Source: an uncultured Pelagibacteraceae bacterium (lineage in GTDB: Bacteria > Pseudomonadota > Alphaproteobacteria > Pelagibacterales > Pelagibacteraceae). Taken from it: a DNA stretch of 64,000 nucleotides. The DNA is taken from NCBI GenBank assembly GCA_902595745.1, contig CACJRE010000001.1, positions 1,281 through 65,280 of the forward strand, given 5' to 3'. This document shows, piece by piece, positions 1-9,975 of the stretch. The notes beneath the pieces were generated by a model, which worked only from the letters and a program-made list of their open reading frames with translations, searched no databases and was not told the origin of the DNA. The position numbers and the translations under genes are program-made. Position 1 is the first letter of the stretch, and each line of letters begins with the position of its first letter.

Positions 1-403
1 ATCCTTGTGCAGCAGCAACAACACCTATTACATTATCAAAACTAATCATAAGATCAGCAAATAACACTTTACCTATACTATTTATATATGATGGTTGTTT
101 TGTTTTTTTAATTGAAGGTTTAACATTCTTAATATCAACAAGATCTTTTCTTAAATCATTTACTATCCATACTAATAACAAACCGCCTAAAATTTTTATA
201 AAATAAAATTCAAATAAAAAAGTAGCAAAGATTGCAAAAAAGATTTTAAAAACAAATGCTCCTATTACACCCCATAAGATTATTTGTTTTCTATTTTTAG
301 GAACAAAATTTGAGGCAATAGAACCAACTATCACAGCATTATCTGCAGTTAAGATAATGGTAATAAATATAATTTGCGTTAGAATTATGAGCTCTTCAAT
401 CAA
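1..403 (-). CDS. TerC/YjbE-family integral membrane protein (runs off the window edge; not in the ORF track)
   Basis: Manual minus-strand translation from TTG at 403 gives MIEELIILTQIIFITIILTADNAVIVG...LFADLMISFDNVIGVVAAAQG, which has both TerC-type DN motifs. Confidence 0.8.
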   Translation of the reverse strand, partial: MIEELIILTQIIFITIILTADNAVIVGSIASNFVPKNRKQIILWGVIGAFVFKIFFAIFATFLFEFYFIKILGGLLLVWIVNDLRKDLVDIKNVKPSIKKTKQPSYINSIGKVLFADLMISFDNVIGVVAAAQG

Positions 404-450
404 GATATCTAATTATTATTTTAATTTAAGAGGATTGCAATCAAAAGAAT

Positions 451-482
451 AAAAAAAGGCGGTCAAATAAGTTGACCGCCTT
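451..482 (-). terminator. Intrinsic terminator downstream of the substrate-binding protein gene
   Basis: Perfect inverted repeat aaggcggtcaa-ataag-ttgaccgcctt followed by a T-run on the minus strand, 21 bp after the stop at 504. Confidence 0.85.
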
Positions 483-503
483 AATAATTATATTTTAATT
501 AGA

Positions 504-1760
504 TTATCTTTCAGACCAAGTAGGCATAGGATATTTTAGCTTACAAGCTGCTAATTCAAACGGATATACTGTACAGTATTTTCCATTTTGCACTTGCATT
601 AAAATACCTCTAGTCTTCTCGTTTTGACCATCTGCACCAAATTTAATTCCTCTATAAGGAACGATTAAAGACTCAGATGACATATCTAGATTCACTAGAG
701 CTTGTCTGATTTTTTCAGGATCTGTTGAACCTGCATTATTAATTGCATTTGCTAAAGCCATAAAACCTGTAAATGCTCTTGCAGGAACATCTGATAAGTC
801 TCTTCCACCAGAATGTGTTTTAAACAAGTCGTTTACAGTTCCAATCATAGGAATAGTTTTTGCTAAGTCAGTATTAAAAGGTGATCTTGTAATTACACCT
901 TCTGCTTTGCTTCCCATTGTGTCTATGAATTTAGGATCTGTATACCCTGCATTTTGAGCAACTAAAAGTTTTGGATTATAATCAAGTTCTTTTGCAGTAT
1001 TTAAAAACAAATATGCATCAGCAGTATAAGATGAAGGCAATAACACATCTGGGTTTTTTGCTTTTAATCTTTGTACTTCAGAACTTAGAGTTGTTGTTTT
1101 TGCTTTGTAGCTAATTTTTTCAACAACTTTGTAGCCTTGGTCTTTAGCCATTTTGTTTTGCGTTCCACCACTATCAGCACCCCACAATGTATCTTCATGA
1201 ATAATACCTAGCGTCTTTAACTTTTTACTATTCTTATTGTTAAAGTCGTTCATGAATTCAAACATAAGCTGAGTAAACTCACCATCGTGTGGAGTAACTC
1301 TGAAGAAGTATTTAAATCCTCTTGTTGTTAGTTTTGGAGAAGTAGATTCACCATTTACCCAAGGTATTCCTGCTCTTTCAGAAACTTGACTAGCAGCACC
1401 AGTTACTGATGAGTAGTAAGCTCCAAACATTGCATGAACTTTATCAGAATTTAACATTTTCTCAGTTTCACCAACACCAATGTCTGGTTTTCCACCATGA
1501 TCTCCAACAACGATTGATATTTTACCGCCACCTAAACCTTTTAATCCAGCATCTTTTGCAAGCGGCATACCTGGAATATTGTGACTATTATTGATGATAT
1601 CCAAAGCAGTCTTAACTGCTGCAACAGCATCTTTACCAACCTGAGCCACTGGTCCGGTTAGTGGATAAAGTACTCCAATTTTAACATCTTCTGCATAACT
1701 CATCACTGGTGCAAAAACTAATGATAAAAAAGTGAATACTGTAAGAACTAATTTTTTCAT
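504..1760 (-). CDS. ABC transporter substrate-binding protein, LivJ/LivK (HAAT) family; likely ligand 5-oxoproline or a related amino acid
   Basis: Signal peptide; KIGVLYPLTGPVAQVG, GAYYSSVT and YFFRV motifs; divergent from livHMGF-like genes and next to pxpABC. Confidence 0.85.
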   Translation of the reverse strand: MKKLVLTVFTFLSLVFAPVMSYAEDVKIGVLYPLTGPVAQVGKDAVAAVKTALDIINNSHNIPGMPLAKDAGLKGLGGGKISIVVGDHGGKPDIGVGETEKMLNSDKVHAMFGAYYSSVTGAASQVSERAGIPWVNGESTSPKLTTRGFKYFFRVTPHDGEFTQLMFEFMNDFNNKNSKKLKTLGIIHEDTLWGADSGGTQNKMAKDQGYKVVEKISYKAKTTTLSSEVQRLKAKNPDVLLPSSYTADAYLFLNTAKELDYNPKLLVAQNAGYTDPKFIDTMGSKAEGVITRSPFNTDLAKTIPMIGTVNDLFKTHSGGRDLSDVPARAFTGFMALANAINNAGSTDPEKIRQALVNLDMSSESLIVPYRGIKFGADGQNEKTRGILMQVQNGKYCTVYPFELAACKLKYPMPTWSER

Positions 1761-1917
1761 TTATTTCCCCTCGTATTTATTTTTTAAAATAACATTTTAA
1801 TACTATATGAGAAATCAATTCAATGATTTACTTTTTAAAATCTAGATAAAAATTATTATAATTTAGATATATTTATTTAATATATAATTACCTATAAATA
1901 TATTAAACAATACTGAA

Positions 1918-2784
1918 ATGACTTCTGAAATTATTCTTCAAGCGATAGTTACTGGATTAATGATGGGTCTGATTTATGCATTAATCGCAGCTGGCCTAAG
2001 TTTAATTTTTGGATTAATGGAAATTGTAAACTTTGCTCATGGAGAGCATTTAATGTTATCGATGTTTTCATCATTTTGGCTTTGGTCTTTGTTTGGTTTA
2101 GATCCACTGTTTTCAATACCAATAACAATACTACTGATGGCATTTTGTGGGATCATCACACATTATTTTTTAATTCGATATATCTTAAAAGCAAAAATGC
2201 TTATCCAAATTTGTGCAACCTTTGGATTATCTATTTTTATTAGATCAATTGCTCAATTATTGTGGACACCAGATTTTAGAAACGTTGATAAGCCTTTACT
2301 TGAAGGACGTATTGAAATTGGATCTGTATTTATTGGTCAACCCCAACTTTATGCAAGTCTTGTTTGTTTAGTTGCTTTTTTTGGTTTGTATTGGTTTGTT
2401 ACAAAAACTGAAACTGGTTTAGCTCTCCAAGCAACAGCACAAGATAGACACGCTGCAGAAATTTTAGGAATACCATCTAATAAAATGTTTGCAATAGGTT
2501 GGGCGATTGGACTTGGTTGTGTGGGTGTTGCAGGTGGAATGATGGCTAATTATTTTTTTATTTTTACGGATGTAGGTATTAATTTTGCATTATTTGCATT
2601 CGTTGCTGTAGCACTAGGAGGTTTTGGAAGTATCATAGGATGTTTATATGCTGGTATTATTATAGGGCTAGTGGAATCTCTTGGAGGATTGTTGATCGAT
2701 CCATCATTTAAACTTTTATATGTTTTTGTAATTTATTTATTAGTTGTAATTTATAAACCACAAGGTTTGTTTGGTAGGTATTAA
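1918..2784 (+). CDS. livH: HAAT ABC transporter permease, LivH-like
   Basis: GLSLIFGLMEIVNFAHGE and ALGGFGS motifs; hydrophobic. Confidence 0.85.
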   Translation: MTSEIILQAIVTGLMMGLIYALIAAGLSLIFGLMEIVNFAHGEHLMLSMFSSFWLWSLFGLDPLFSIPITILLMAFCGIITHYFLIRYILKAKMLIQICATFGLSIFIRSIAQLLWTPDFRNVDKPLLEGRIEIGSVFIGQPQLYASLVCLVAFFGLYWFVTKTETGLALQATAQDRHAAEILGIPSNKMFAIGWAIGLGCVGVAGGMMANYFFIFTDVGINFALFAFVAVALGGFGSIIGCLYAGIIIGLVESLGGLLIDPSFKLLYVFVIYLLVVIYKPQGLFGRY

Positions 2785-3797
2785 TGGATAGTAAGTTAGC
2801 AATTGCAAAATCAGAACCAATTTGGAATACAAACAATAAAGTTATCTCAATTATCGCTGGTTTGATTATACTCTTATTTGCGCTTCCACTGTTTGGGATG
2901 AATTCTTTTTATTTACATTTATTCATTATGATTTTTATGCATGCAGTTATGGCTCAATCTTGGAATGTAATTGCAGGTTTTTCTGGTCAAATAAGTTTAG
3001 GCCACGGAGCTTTTTTTGGAATAGGTGCTTACGCTACCTCATTTTTTTATATGGAGTACGGAATAACTCCATGGATCAGTATATTTTTTGGAATGTTTGT
3101 TTCAGCAATTTTTGCAGTTTTAATTGGTATACCAATGCTTAGATTGAGTGGTCATTACTTTGCAATTGCTACTTTATTAATTGGAATAAGTTTTCAAGTA
3201 GTTTTTCAAAGATGGGACTTAGTAGGAGCTGCATCAGGGTTATGGGTTACCATGACACCAGAAGACTCTTGGCTCGCATTACAGTTTCATAGTAGTAAAG
3301 CACCTTATTATTATGTTTTTTTAGTATTTTTTTTAATTACTTTCTTTTTGGTTTGGTTGTTGAGTAGATCAAAATTAGGTTACAGATTAAGAGCAGTGAG
3401 AGACGACCCACAAGCAGCATTAAGTTTATGTATCAATGTTTCAAATTATAAAATTATAGCTTATGTAATCTCAGCAATGATTATGGCTCCCATGGGTAGC
3501 TTATTTGCTCAATATATTTTAATCATCGATCCAGATAGAGTGTTCAATATTGAGATATCAATTATAGTTTTATTAATTACAGTACTAGGTGGCATTGGAA
3601 ATGTTTGGGGTCCAATTATTGGCGCAGCAATTCTTGTGCCAATTTCTGAATATTCAAGAATTTATTTGGGAGGCACAGGTGGTGCTGTTGATTTAATACT
3701 TTATGGTTTGATATTAATGATCATTTGTATTTTTAGACCCAATGGTCTGATCTCTTTTATTCCAAAAAATATTTTAGAAAGAAATAAACAACGATGA
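2784..3797 (+). CDS. livM: HAAT ABC transporter permease, LivM-like
   Basis: GFSGQISLGHGAFFGIGAY, LRLSGHYFAIATL and VLGGIG motifs. Confidence 0.85.
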   Translation: MDSKLAIAKSEPIWNTNNKVISIIAGLIILLFALPLFGMNSFYLHLFIMIFMHAVMAQSWNVIAGFSGQISLGHGAFFGIGAYATSFFYMEYGITPWISIFFGMFVSAIFAVLIGIPMLRLSGHYFAIATLLIGISFQVVFQRWDLVGAASGLWVTMTPEDSWLALQFHSSKAPYYYVFLVFFLITFFLVWLLSRSKLGYRLRAVRDDPQAALSLCINVSNYKIIAYVISAMIMAPMGSLFAQYILIIDPDRVFNIEISIIVLLITVLGGIGNVWGPIIGAAILVPISEYSRIYLGGTGGAVDLILYGLILMIICIFRPNGLISFIPKNILERNKQR

Positions 3798-4516
3798 AAA
3801 TATTAACAGTTGAAAATTTAAGTAAATCGTTTGGTGGTATTCATGCAAATAAAGATATTTCTTTTGATGTTGAAGAAGGTTCTATATTGGGAGTGATTGG
3901 ACCTAATGGTGCAGGAAAGTCCACTTTATTTGATTTAATAACTGGTTTCACCAAACCTGATGCAGGAAAAGTTAAATTTTTTGAAAAAAATATTTTTGGG
4001 ATTAGTCCTGATAAAATTAGCAACCTTGGAGTTGGGAGAACTTTTCAAAAACTAAAACCATTTGCAGACCAAACATTGCTTGAAAATGTAATGATAGGTG
4101 CGTTTGTCAAAGAAAAAGATATTAAAAGAGCAAGAGATAGAGCACTAGAGATTATTGACTTTGTAGATTTGATTGAAAAAAGACATCATTTTGCAAAAGA
4201 ATTATCAACCGGACAAAGGAAAAGATTGGAGATGGCTAGAGCAATGGCTATAGATCCTAAACTTCTTTTAATGGATGAAGTAACTGGAGGTGTAGATCAA
4301 AAAACTATTCCTGGACTTGTTGAACTTGTTAAGAAATTAAAAAAGACAGGGGTAACGATTATTACAATCGAGCACAACATTAATATTATAATGGAAATTT
4401 CAGATAATGTTCTTGCATTAGATCAAGGAAAACGAATTGCGTTTGGAGAACCAAAAGAAATTCAAAATAATAAACAAGTAATAGATGCTTACTTAGGAAC
4501 ATTTGATGCTGCTTGA
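3794..4516 (+). CDS. livG: HAAT ABC transporter ATP-binding protein, LivG-like
   Basis: Walker A GPNGAGKST, RTFQ, LSTGQRKRLE and Walker B LLLMDE. Confidence 0.88.
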   Translation: MKILTVENLSKSFGGIHANKDISFDVEEGSILGVIGPNGAGKSTLFDLITGFTKPDAGKVKFFEKNIFGISPDKISNLGVGRTFQKLKPFADQTLLENVMIGAFVKEKDIKRARDRALEIIDFVDLIEKRHHFAKELSTGQRKRLEMARAMAIDPKLLLMDEVTGGVDQKTIPGLVELVKKLKKTGVTIITIEHNINIIMEISDNVLALDQGKRIAFGEPKEIQNNKQVIDAYLGTFDAA

Positions 4517-5213
4517 TGTAAAAAATATTGATGTTTTGTATGATGATTTCCAGGTTATCTGGGACGTTTCAATAAACGTAAATAACGCTGAAATGGTTGC
4601 ACTTTTAGGACCAAACGGATCTGGCAAAAGTACTGTTTTAAATACTATAAGTAATTTAGTTGAACATAAAAAAGGGTCTATTACTTTTAATAATACTTTA
4701 ATTTCAAATATTCCAACTTATAAAAGAACTGAGTTAGGAATTTCACATGTGCTTGAAAGAAGAAGGGTATTTCCTCATCTCACTGTTAAACAAAATCTTT
4801 TATTGGGTGCTTGGCATCCAAGGGCGAAAGAAAAGTTATCACATACATTAAATAAAGTTTATACAATCTTTCCAAAGTTAAAAACTAGATCAGATCAGTT
4901 AGCAAAAACAATGTCTGGTGGTGAGCAACAAATGTTAGCTATAGCAAGAGGTTTAATGGGTTTGCCAAAACTTTTAATGGTTGATGAACCTTTTTTAGGC
5001 TTATCCCCAATGGTTATGAAAGACTTAATTAAAATTTTTAAAGTTATAGTTTCACAGGGAACTTCAATTTTATTTGTAGAGCAAAATGTAAGACTTGCAT
5101 TGAGTATGGCTGATAGGGGGTATGTTTTAGAAAGTGGAAGGTTAGTTATCGATGGTAAATCAGAAGATTTAATTGATAATGAAAAAGTTACTAAAGTTTT
5201 TTTAGGAAATTAA
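4506..5213 (+). CDS. livF: HAAT ABC transporter ATP-binding protein, LivF-like
   Basis: GPNGSGKST, MSGGEQQMLAIAR and VEQN motifs. ATG at 4506 preferred over TTG at 4503. Confidence 0.88.
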   Translation: MLLDVKNIDVLYDDFQVIWDVSINVNNAEMVALLGPNGSGKSTVLNTISNLVEHKKGSITFNNTLISNIPTYKRTELGISHVLERRRVFPHLTVKQNLLLGAWHPRAKEKLSHTLNKVYTIFPKLKTRSDQLAKTMSGGEQQMLAIARGLMGLPKLLMVDEPFLGLSPMVMKDLIKIFKVIVSQGTSILFVEQNVRLALSMADRGYVLESGRLVIDGKSEDLIDNEKVTKVFLGN

Positions 5214-5999
5214 TTAAAAAGCAGCAAGATCGTTATTTAGTTTATCTGTAATAAGCATTTTACCGGGACTGTGAGTAATACAAAAGTCTGGTTTTGAATT
5301 CTCTAAAACTGATTGAGGTGTTACTCCACATGCCCAAAATACTGGCATTTCATTATTTTTTATTGCTCTTGGTGGATCCCCATATTCTGGTTTCATAATA
5401 TCTTTAATTCCAATTTCATCAGGATTTCCAATGTGAACAGGTGCACCATGTACAGCTGGAAATCTTGAACTAATTTGAATTGATCTAATTGTATCTTTTG
5501 AATTTAATGGTCTCATAGATACAACTAGTTTTCCTGAAAATTGTCCTGCAGGTTCACAATCAATTGAAGTTTTATACATTGGAACAATAGTATTATTTTC
5601 TATATGTTGAATTGGGATACCAGATTCAATTAAAGGCAATTCAAAAGACATTGAACAACCAAGAACAAAAGTTGTTAAATCTTCATTCCAATATTTTTTA
5701 ATATCATATGGCTCATCAATTAATTTTCCTTTTTCCCATACTCTATATTGAGGAACATCAGTTCTGATATCAATATCACCTAGATCTTTTAAGGAAGGAT
5801 CTCCTTTTGTGCCAAATCCAATTAATGGACAAGGTTTTGGATTTTTTTGACAAAAAGAAGCAAAGTCCATTGCATATTTGCTTGGTAATATACAAAGATT
5901 TCCTTGAACATATTTATTTGCAGCACCTGCAGTTTGTTCTGTGTAATTATTTTCTCTTATGACTTTTCTTGCCTCTGATGGATTTTGAATGTCTAGCAT
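5214..5999 (-). CDS. DUF1445/YcsI-family putative hydro-lyase (D-glutamate cyclase-like)
   Basis: NPKPCPL, DIRTDVPQY, GCSMSFE, HGAPVHIG, VFWACGVTPQ and ITHSPGKM motifs. Confidence 0.85.
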   Translation of the reverse strand: MLDIQNPSEARKVIRENNYTEQTAGAANKYVQGNLCILPSKYAMDFASFCQKNPKPCPLIGFGTKGDPSLKDLGDIDIRTDVPQYRVWEKGKLIDEPYDIKKYWNEDLTTFVLGCSMSFELPLIESGIPIQHIENNTIVPMYKTSIDCEPAGQFSGKLVVSMRPLNSKDTIRSIQISSRFPAVHGAPVHIGNPDEIGIKDIMKPEYGDPPRAIKNNEMPVFWACGVTPQSVLENSKPDFCITHSPGKMLITDKLNNDLAAF

Positions 6000-6003
6000 T
6001 AAA

Positions 6004-6495
6004 TTAGTATTTAGATCTCTTTGTTCCTTCTATTATTTCTTTTAACTCTTTATATTCTTCACAGTTACAAGTTTCTAATACTTTAAGTCTTTCTTTAGCC
6101 GAATCCATTCTATTGGTAACAACATATAATTCACCTAGATATTCATTTATTCCAATGTGATCTGGTTTAATTGCTAGTCCTTGGAGATAATATTTTTCTC
6201 CATTTTCAAAATCACCAAGTTTTCTTGTAGTAAATCCAAGGTAGTTAAGAGTATCTGCTTGATTAGGTTTTTTTTTATTTGATTTTAGAAGAAGTTTTTG
6301 AGCTTTTTCATATCTTTTTTTAGCTTTTTCTAACTTACCTTTTTTTTCGTATTTTTTTGCAGATTTAACATGAGCAACTGCTTTATCATAATCTGTTTTT
6401 ACCTTCTTAGTTGTTGTGTCTGAACTACTTCCTGCTGAAATTGCGTTAGAAGTAAATAAAACAAATAGTAATGTGACAAATATTTTTTTAATCAT
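6004..6495 (-). CDS. Exported tetratricopeptide-repeat protein
   Basis: Signal peptide; TPR-like ADTLNYLGF...YLQGLAIKPDH...EYLGELY. Confidence 0.7.
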   Translation of the reverse strand: MIKKIFVTLLFVLFTSNAISAGSSSDTTTKKVKTDYDKAVAHVKSAKKYEKKGKLEKAKKRYEKAQKLLLKSNKKKPNQADTLNYLGFTTRKLGDFENGEKYYLQGLAIKPDHIGINEYLGELYVVTNRMDSAKERLKVLETCNCEEYKELKEIIEGTKRSKY

Positions 6496-7268
6496 TATAA
6501 AAATTTCTCCATTTGGCTTAAAGGTTTTAATTTAAGTCCATTTTCAATTAAATTTTCTCTAATTGATCTTGCTGTAGCAAGCGAACTTTCATTATCTCCA
6601 TGTATGCATACAGAGTCAATTTCACAAGGTATTTGCTTTCCACTGTGACAATTAAGTGACTGATTTTTAACCATGTTTAACACGTGTTTTTTAGCTTCCT
6701 CTGGATCTGTAATTAGTGCATGTGGTTTTTTTCTGGAAACTAAATTTCCATCATCTTCATAATTTCTATCCGCAAAAATTTCACACGCAATTTTCATATC
6801 AAGTTTTTTTGCTGCTTCTTCCATTTTTGATCCTGTTGGAACTAAATAAATTAAATCTTTACTAATTTCATTTATTGCTTTTGCTAAAGTTGTTGCCAAT
6901 TCAATATCTTCACAGGCCATATTATTAAGTGCACCATGAGGTTTAATGTGAGTAACATTCTCTCCATGATCCTGAGCAATCTTTTGCAAAATTTCATATT
7001 GATCAATAATTAATTTCCTAACTTCTTCTGAAGATAAATTCATTCTTTGTCTTCCAAAATTTTCAGGATCATTAAATGATGGATGTGCCCCTATACTTAC
7101 ACCATTTTTTTTTGATATTTGAACCACTTGATTCATTGACTCATCGTCGCCTGCATGAAATCCACAAGCCACATTAGCTGAATTCACTATTTCAAGTAAA
7201 TCTGGATCATACTTATTAGAATGATGTTTAGATTTTTCACCTAAATCACAATTTATATTAATTTCCAT
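6495..7268 (-). CDS. pxpA: 5-oxoprolinase subunit A (LamB/YcsF family)
   Basis: INCDLGE, ANVACGFHAGD, GAHPSF, HIKPHGALNN, EIFADR and CIHGD motifs. Start corrected to the ATG of MEININCD. Confidence 0.9.
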   Translation of the reverse strand: MEININCDLGEKSKHHSNKYDPDLLEIVNSANVACGFHAGDDESMNQVVQISKKNGVSIGAHPSFNDPENFGRQRMNLSSEEVRKLIIDQYEILQKIAQDHGENVTHIKPHGALNNMACEDIELATTLAKAINEISKDLIYLVPTGSKMEEAAKKLDMKIACEIFADRNYEDDGNLVSRKKPHALITDPEEAKKHVLNMVKNQSLNCHSGKQIPCEIDSVCIHGDNESSLATARSIRENLIENGLKLKPLSQMEKFL

Positions 7269-7296
7269 AGTCTTAATTGTTGAAGTATAACATGGC

Positions 7297-7971
7297 ATGA
7301 TAAAAAATATATCAAATCTTGGTGACGCAGCACTTTATTGTGATTTTGGAGCTGAGGTGAATAAACAGATTAACTCTGAAGTGATTAAATATTTTAACAC
7401 TATTAGAGAAAAGAATATCAAAGGAATTAACAACCTTACCCCCTCTTATAACAAATTGATAATTTCTTATGATCTAAATCTTACAAGTTTCAACAAAATT
7501 AAAGAAGAAATTGAAAAACTTACTCAGAGTGAGACTTCAAAATCGATAAGTAAAAATTTAGAAATACCAGTTTGTTGTGATGAATCTTTCTCTTTAGATA
7601 TGGAGCGATTAGAAAAAAAATTAAATTTAAAAAGAGATGAGATTTTAGAAAATTTTTTTAATAAAGAATTTTTTTGTTATATGACAGGGTTTATTGCTGG
7701 AATGCCCTTTTTAGGTGATTTAGATGAGCAAATGAGAGCTCAACGTTTAGAAACACCAAGAGTAAAAGTTCCGAAAGGATCAGTCGGCATGACAGAACAG
7801 TTTGCTAATATTTACACATTTGAAAGCCCAGGTGGTTGGAACATAATTGGCAATACGCCATTAGAAGTGTTTGATAGCTCTAAACAAAAAGAACCAAATT
7901 TAATTAATCCTGGAGACACAGTTAAATTCAAACAAATTACACTTGAAGAATACAAAAATTATAATGAGTAA
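7297..7971 (+). CDS. pxpB: 5-oxoprolinase subunit B (KipI/allophanate hydrolase subunit 1-like)
   Basis: GFIAGMPFLG, PRVKVPKGSVG and SPGGWNIIG motifs. Confidence 0.88.
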   Translation: MIKNISNLGDAALYCDFGAEVNKQINSEVIKYFNTIREKNIKGINNLTPSYNKLIISYDLNLTSFNKIKEEIEKLTQSETSKSISKNLEIPVCCDESFSLDMERLEKKLNLKRDEILENFFNKEFFCYMTGFIAGMPFLGDLDEQMRAQRLETPRVKVPKGSVGMTEQFANIYTFESPGGWNIIGNTPLEVFDSSKQKEPNLINPGDTVKFKQITLEEYKNYNE

Positions 7972-8908
7972 TAATTATTTTAAAGTAATAAGAGCCGGTA
8001 TTAATACAACCTTTCAAGACAAAGGTAGAAATAATTTATATCATATTGGTATTCCGTTTAGCGGAGCGATGGATAATAGAAATTATTTATTAGCGAATAA
8101 GTTGGTGGGCAATAAATTAGATTTACCAGCTATTGAATTTGCTTACCAGGGCCCATTATTAAAGTTTTATGGAGATAAAATTAATATCGTTATAACTGGG
8201 GACGTTGTTTTTAACATAAAACAAAAAGATAATAAAATTGAGGGAAATTGTTATGAAACTTATCAGTTAGAACATGAAGATGAGATTAATATTTTATCAA
8301 CAAATAAATCTGTTTATGGTTATTTAGCTATTTCAGGTAGTTTTGATTTAAAACTACAATGGGGCAGTTGTTCAATTAATACAAAAGCAAATATTGGTTC
8401 CAATGATGGAAAAAAATTAGAAAATGATCAAGAAATTAAAATTTCAAACATTAATAAAAATATAAATAAGAAAAAAATAAGTTATCTAAATTCAAAAATA
8501 GAAAATATTAGAATAATGAAAGGAACCAACTTTGACTATTTTTCAGAAGAAGGAAAAAAAGTTTTCTTAGAAAAAGAATATACTGTTTCAAAATTATCTG
8601 ACAGAATGGGAATGAGGTTAGAAGGGCCTAAGATAGAAAATGTAGTAAATACTAATATTAAATCTGAAGGCTTGTTAAAAGGTGTTATTCAAGTCCCGGC
8701 AGACGGCAACCCAATTATAATGCTATCCGATCATGGAACAATTGGTGGATATCCAAAAATTGCAGTCGTTGCTAGTGTTGATTATGATAGGTTAGTTCAA
8801 ATATCACCTGGATCCAAAATAAAGTTTAAAGAAATTGAATTATCTGATGCAGAAACTTTATTTAAGTTGTATGAGATGGAAACTCAAAATTTACTTTCAC
8901 AAATTTAA
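7964..8908 (+). CDS. pxpC: 5-oxoprolinase subunit C (KipA/allophanate hydrolase subunit 2-like)
   Basis: TFQDKGR, SGAMD, SDRMGMRL, IQVPADGNPII and TIGGYPKI motifs. ATG at 7964 is the likely start. Confidence 0.88.
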   Translation: MSNNYFKVIRAGINTTFQDKGRNNLYHIGIPFSGAMDNRNYLLANKLVGNKLDLPAIEFAYQGPLLKFYGDKINIVITGDVVFNIKQKDNKIEGNCYETYQLEHEDEINILSTNKSVYGYLAISGSFDLKLQWGSCSINTKANIGSNDGKKLENDQEIKISNINKNINKKKISYLNSKIENIRIMKGTNFDYFSEEGKKVFLEKEYTVSKLSDRMGMRLEGPKIENVVNTNIKSEGLLKGVIQVPADGNPIIMLSDHGTIGGYPKIAVVASVDYDRLVQISPGSKIKFKEIELSDAETLFKLYEMETQNLLSQI

Positions 8909-9786
8909 TGAACATAATTACAAAATTTCCAGGACCATTATTGGTATTTCTTGGAGCATTTAGTTTAAGTTTTGGTGGACTGATCGTAAAGTCATTTGAA
9001 GGAGCAACTTTATGGCAAATTTTGTTTTGGCGATCCTTATTTTTTTCGTTAACCGTTCTATCATTTTTAATTATTAGTTATAGAAAAAAAACATTTAAAG
9101 CTTTTAAAGACTCAGGGTTACCAGGGTTAATAGGTGGAATTATTTTGTCATTTGGTTTCTGTGGCTATGTGTTTGCAATGTATAATACAACAGTTGCTAA
9201 TACGAATTTTATCATTTCTCTTCAAATTTTATTTCTAGCTATATTTGGATACTTCTTTTTAAAAGAAAAAATTTTGGCAATTACTTTGACATCAATTATT
9301 CTTGCTATGGCTGGCGTATTGTTAATGGTCGGTAATTCATTATCGCCAGGAGAATTATCTGGAAATTTAGCAGCTTTTACAATGCCAATTACTTTTGCAA
9401 TCTTAATTATGATTGTCAGAAAATTTCCATCTGTTGATATGGTGCCAGCACAATTTTATGCTGGAATATGTTCTTGTTTGATCGGTTATTTTTTATCAAC
9501 AAAAATTATGATTTCACCACATGATATTTTTTTAGGTTTTTTAGCTGGTTGTTTTCAAGTGGGGTTAGGTTTTATATTTATTACAACTGGTGCAAGGACA
9601 ACTCCTTCTGCAATGGTTGGAATAATTATGTTATCAGAATCAGTGCTTGGTCCCATTTGGGCTTTCATATTTGTAAGTGAAAGACCTTCAATATATGGAC
9701 TGATAGGTGGAGCAATAATTCTTTTTGCCGTTTTAATACAGTTTTATTCATTATTATCTAAGAATAAAAAAAGTATTTCTAATTGA
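8908..9786 (+). CDS. DMT/EamA-family transporter
   Basis: About 10 hydrophobic segments; TTVANT and ESVLGPIW motifs. Confidence 0.8.
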   Translation: MNIITKFPGPLLVFLGAFSLSFGGLIVKSFEGATLWQILFWRSLFFSLTVLSFLIISYRKKTFKAFKDSGLPGLIGGIILSFGFCGYVFAMYNTTVANTNFIISLQILFLAIFGYFFLKEKILAITLTSIILAMAGVLLMVGNSLSPGELSGNLAAFTMPITFAILIMIVRKFPSVDMVPAQFYAGICSCLIGYFLSTKIMISPHDIFLGFLAGCFQVGLGFIFITTGARTTPSAMVGIIMLSESVLGPIWAFIFVSERPSIYGLIGGAIILFAVLIQFYSLLSKNKKSISN

Positions 9787-9810
9787 CCATTCTTGTATAA
9801 TTGATAAATT
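9783..9810 (+). promoter_or_regulatory. Putative sigma-70 promoter for the riboswitch-gcv transcript
   Basis: TTGACC (9783-9788), 16-bp spacer, TAAATT (9805-9810), just upstream of the riboswitch. Confidence 0.4.
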
Positions 9811-9814
9811 ACTT

Positions 9815-9961
9815 TTAACGGGAGAGTCTACAAACTTTGTAGCACCGAAGGAGCAACCACCCAGGAAACTCTCAGGTAAAAAGGACCGTAACATATTAAC
9901 TCTGGAAAGAGATTCAATTCTCGCCGAAGGAGCAAAACTCTCAGGCAAATATACAGATGGG
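9815..9961 (+). ncRNA. Tandem glycine riboswitch
   Basis: Two aptamers with the conserved core: GGAGAG...CACCGAAGGAGCAA...ACTCTCAGGT and TCTGGAAAG...CGCCGAAGGAGCAA...ACTCTCAGGC...ACAGA, directly upstream of gcvT. Confidence 0.95.
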
Positions 9962-9975
9962 TACGAAGAGTTAGT

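Noticed and set aside
1761-1917. Imperfect AT palindromes in the divergent SBP/livH intergenic region
   Set aside because: The region is so AT-rich that such symmetry is expected by chance; no specific operator can be supported.
7269-7298. N-terminal extension of pxpA in the ORF track (MPCYTSTIKT)
   Set aside because: It would overlap the pxpB start; the family N-terminus begins at MEININCD (7268).
9754-9948. 64-aa minus-strand ORF
   Set aside because: It is the antisense of the glycine riboswitch; the GC-richer RNA motif explains the lack of stops.
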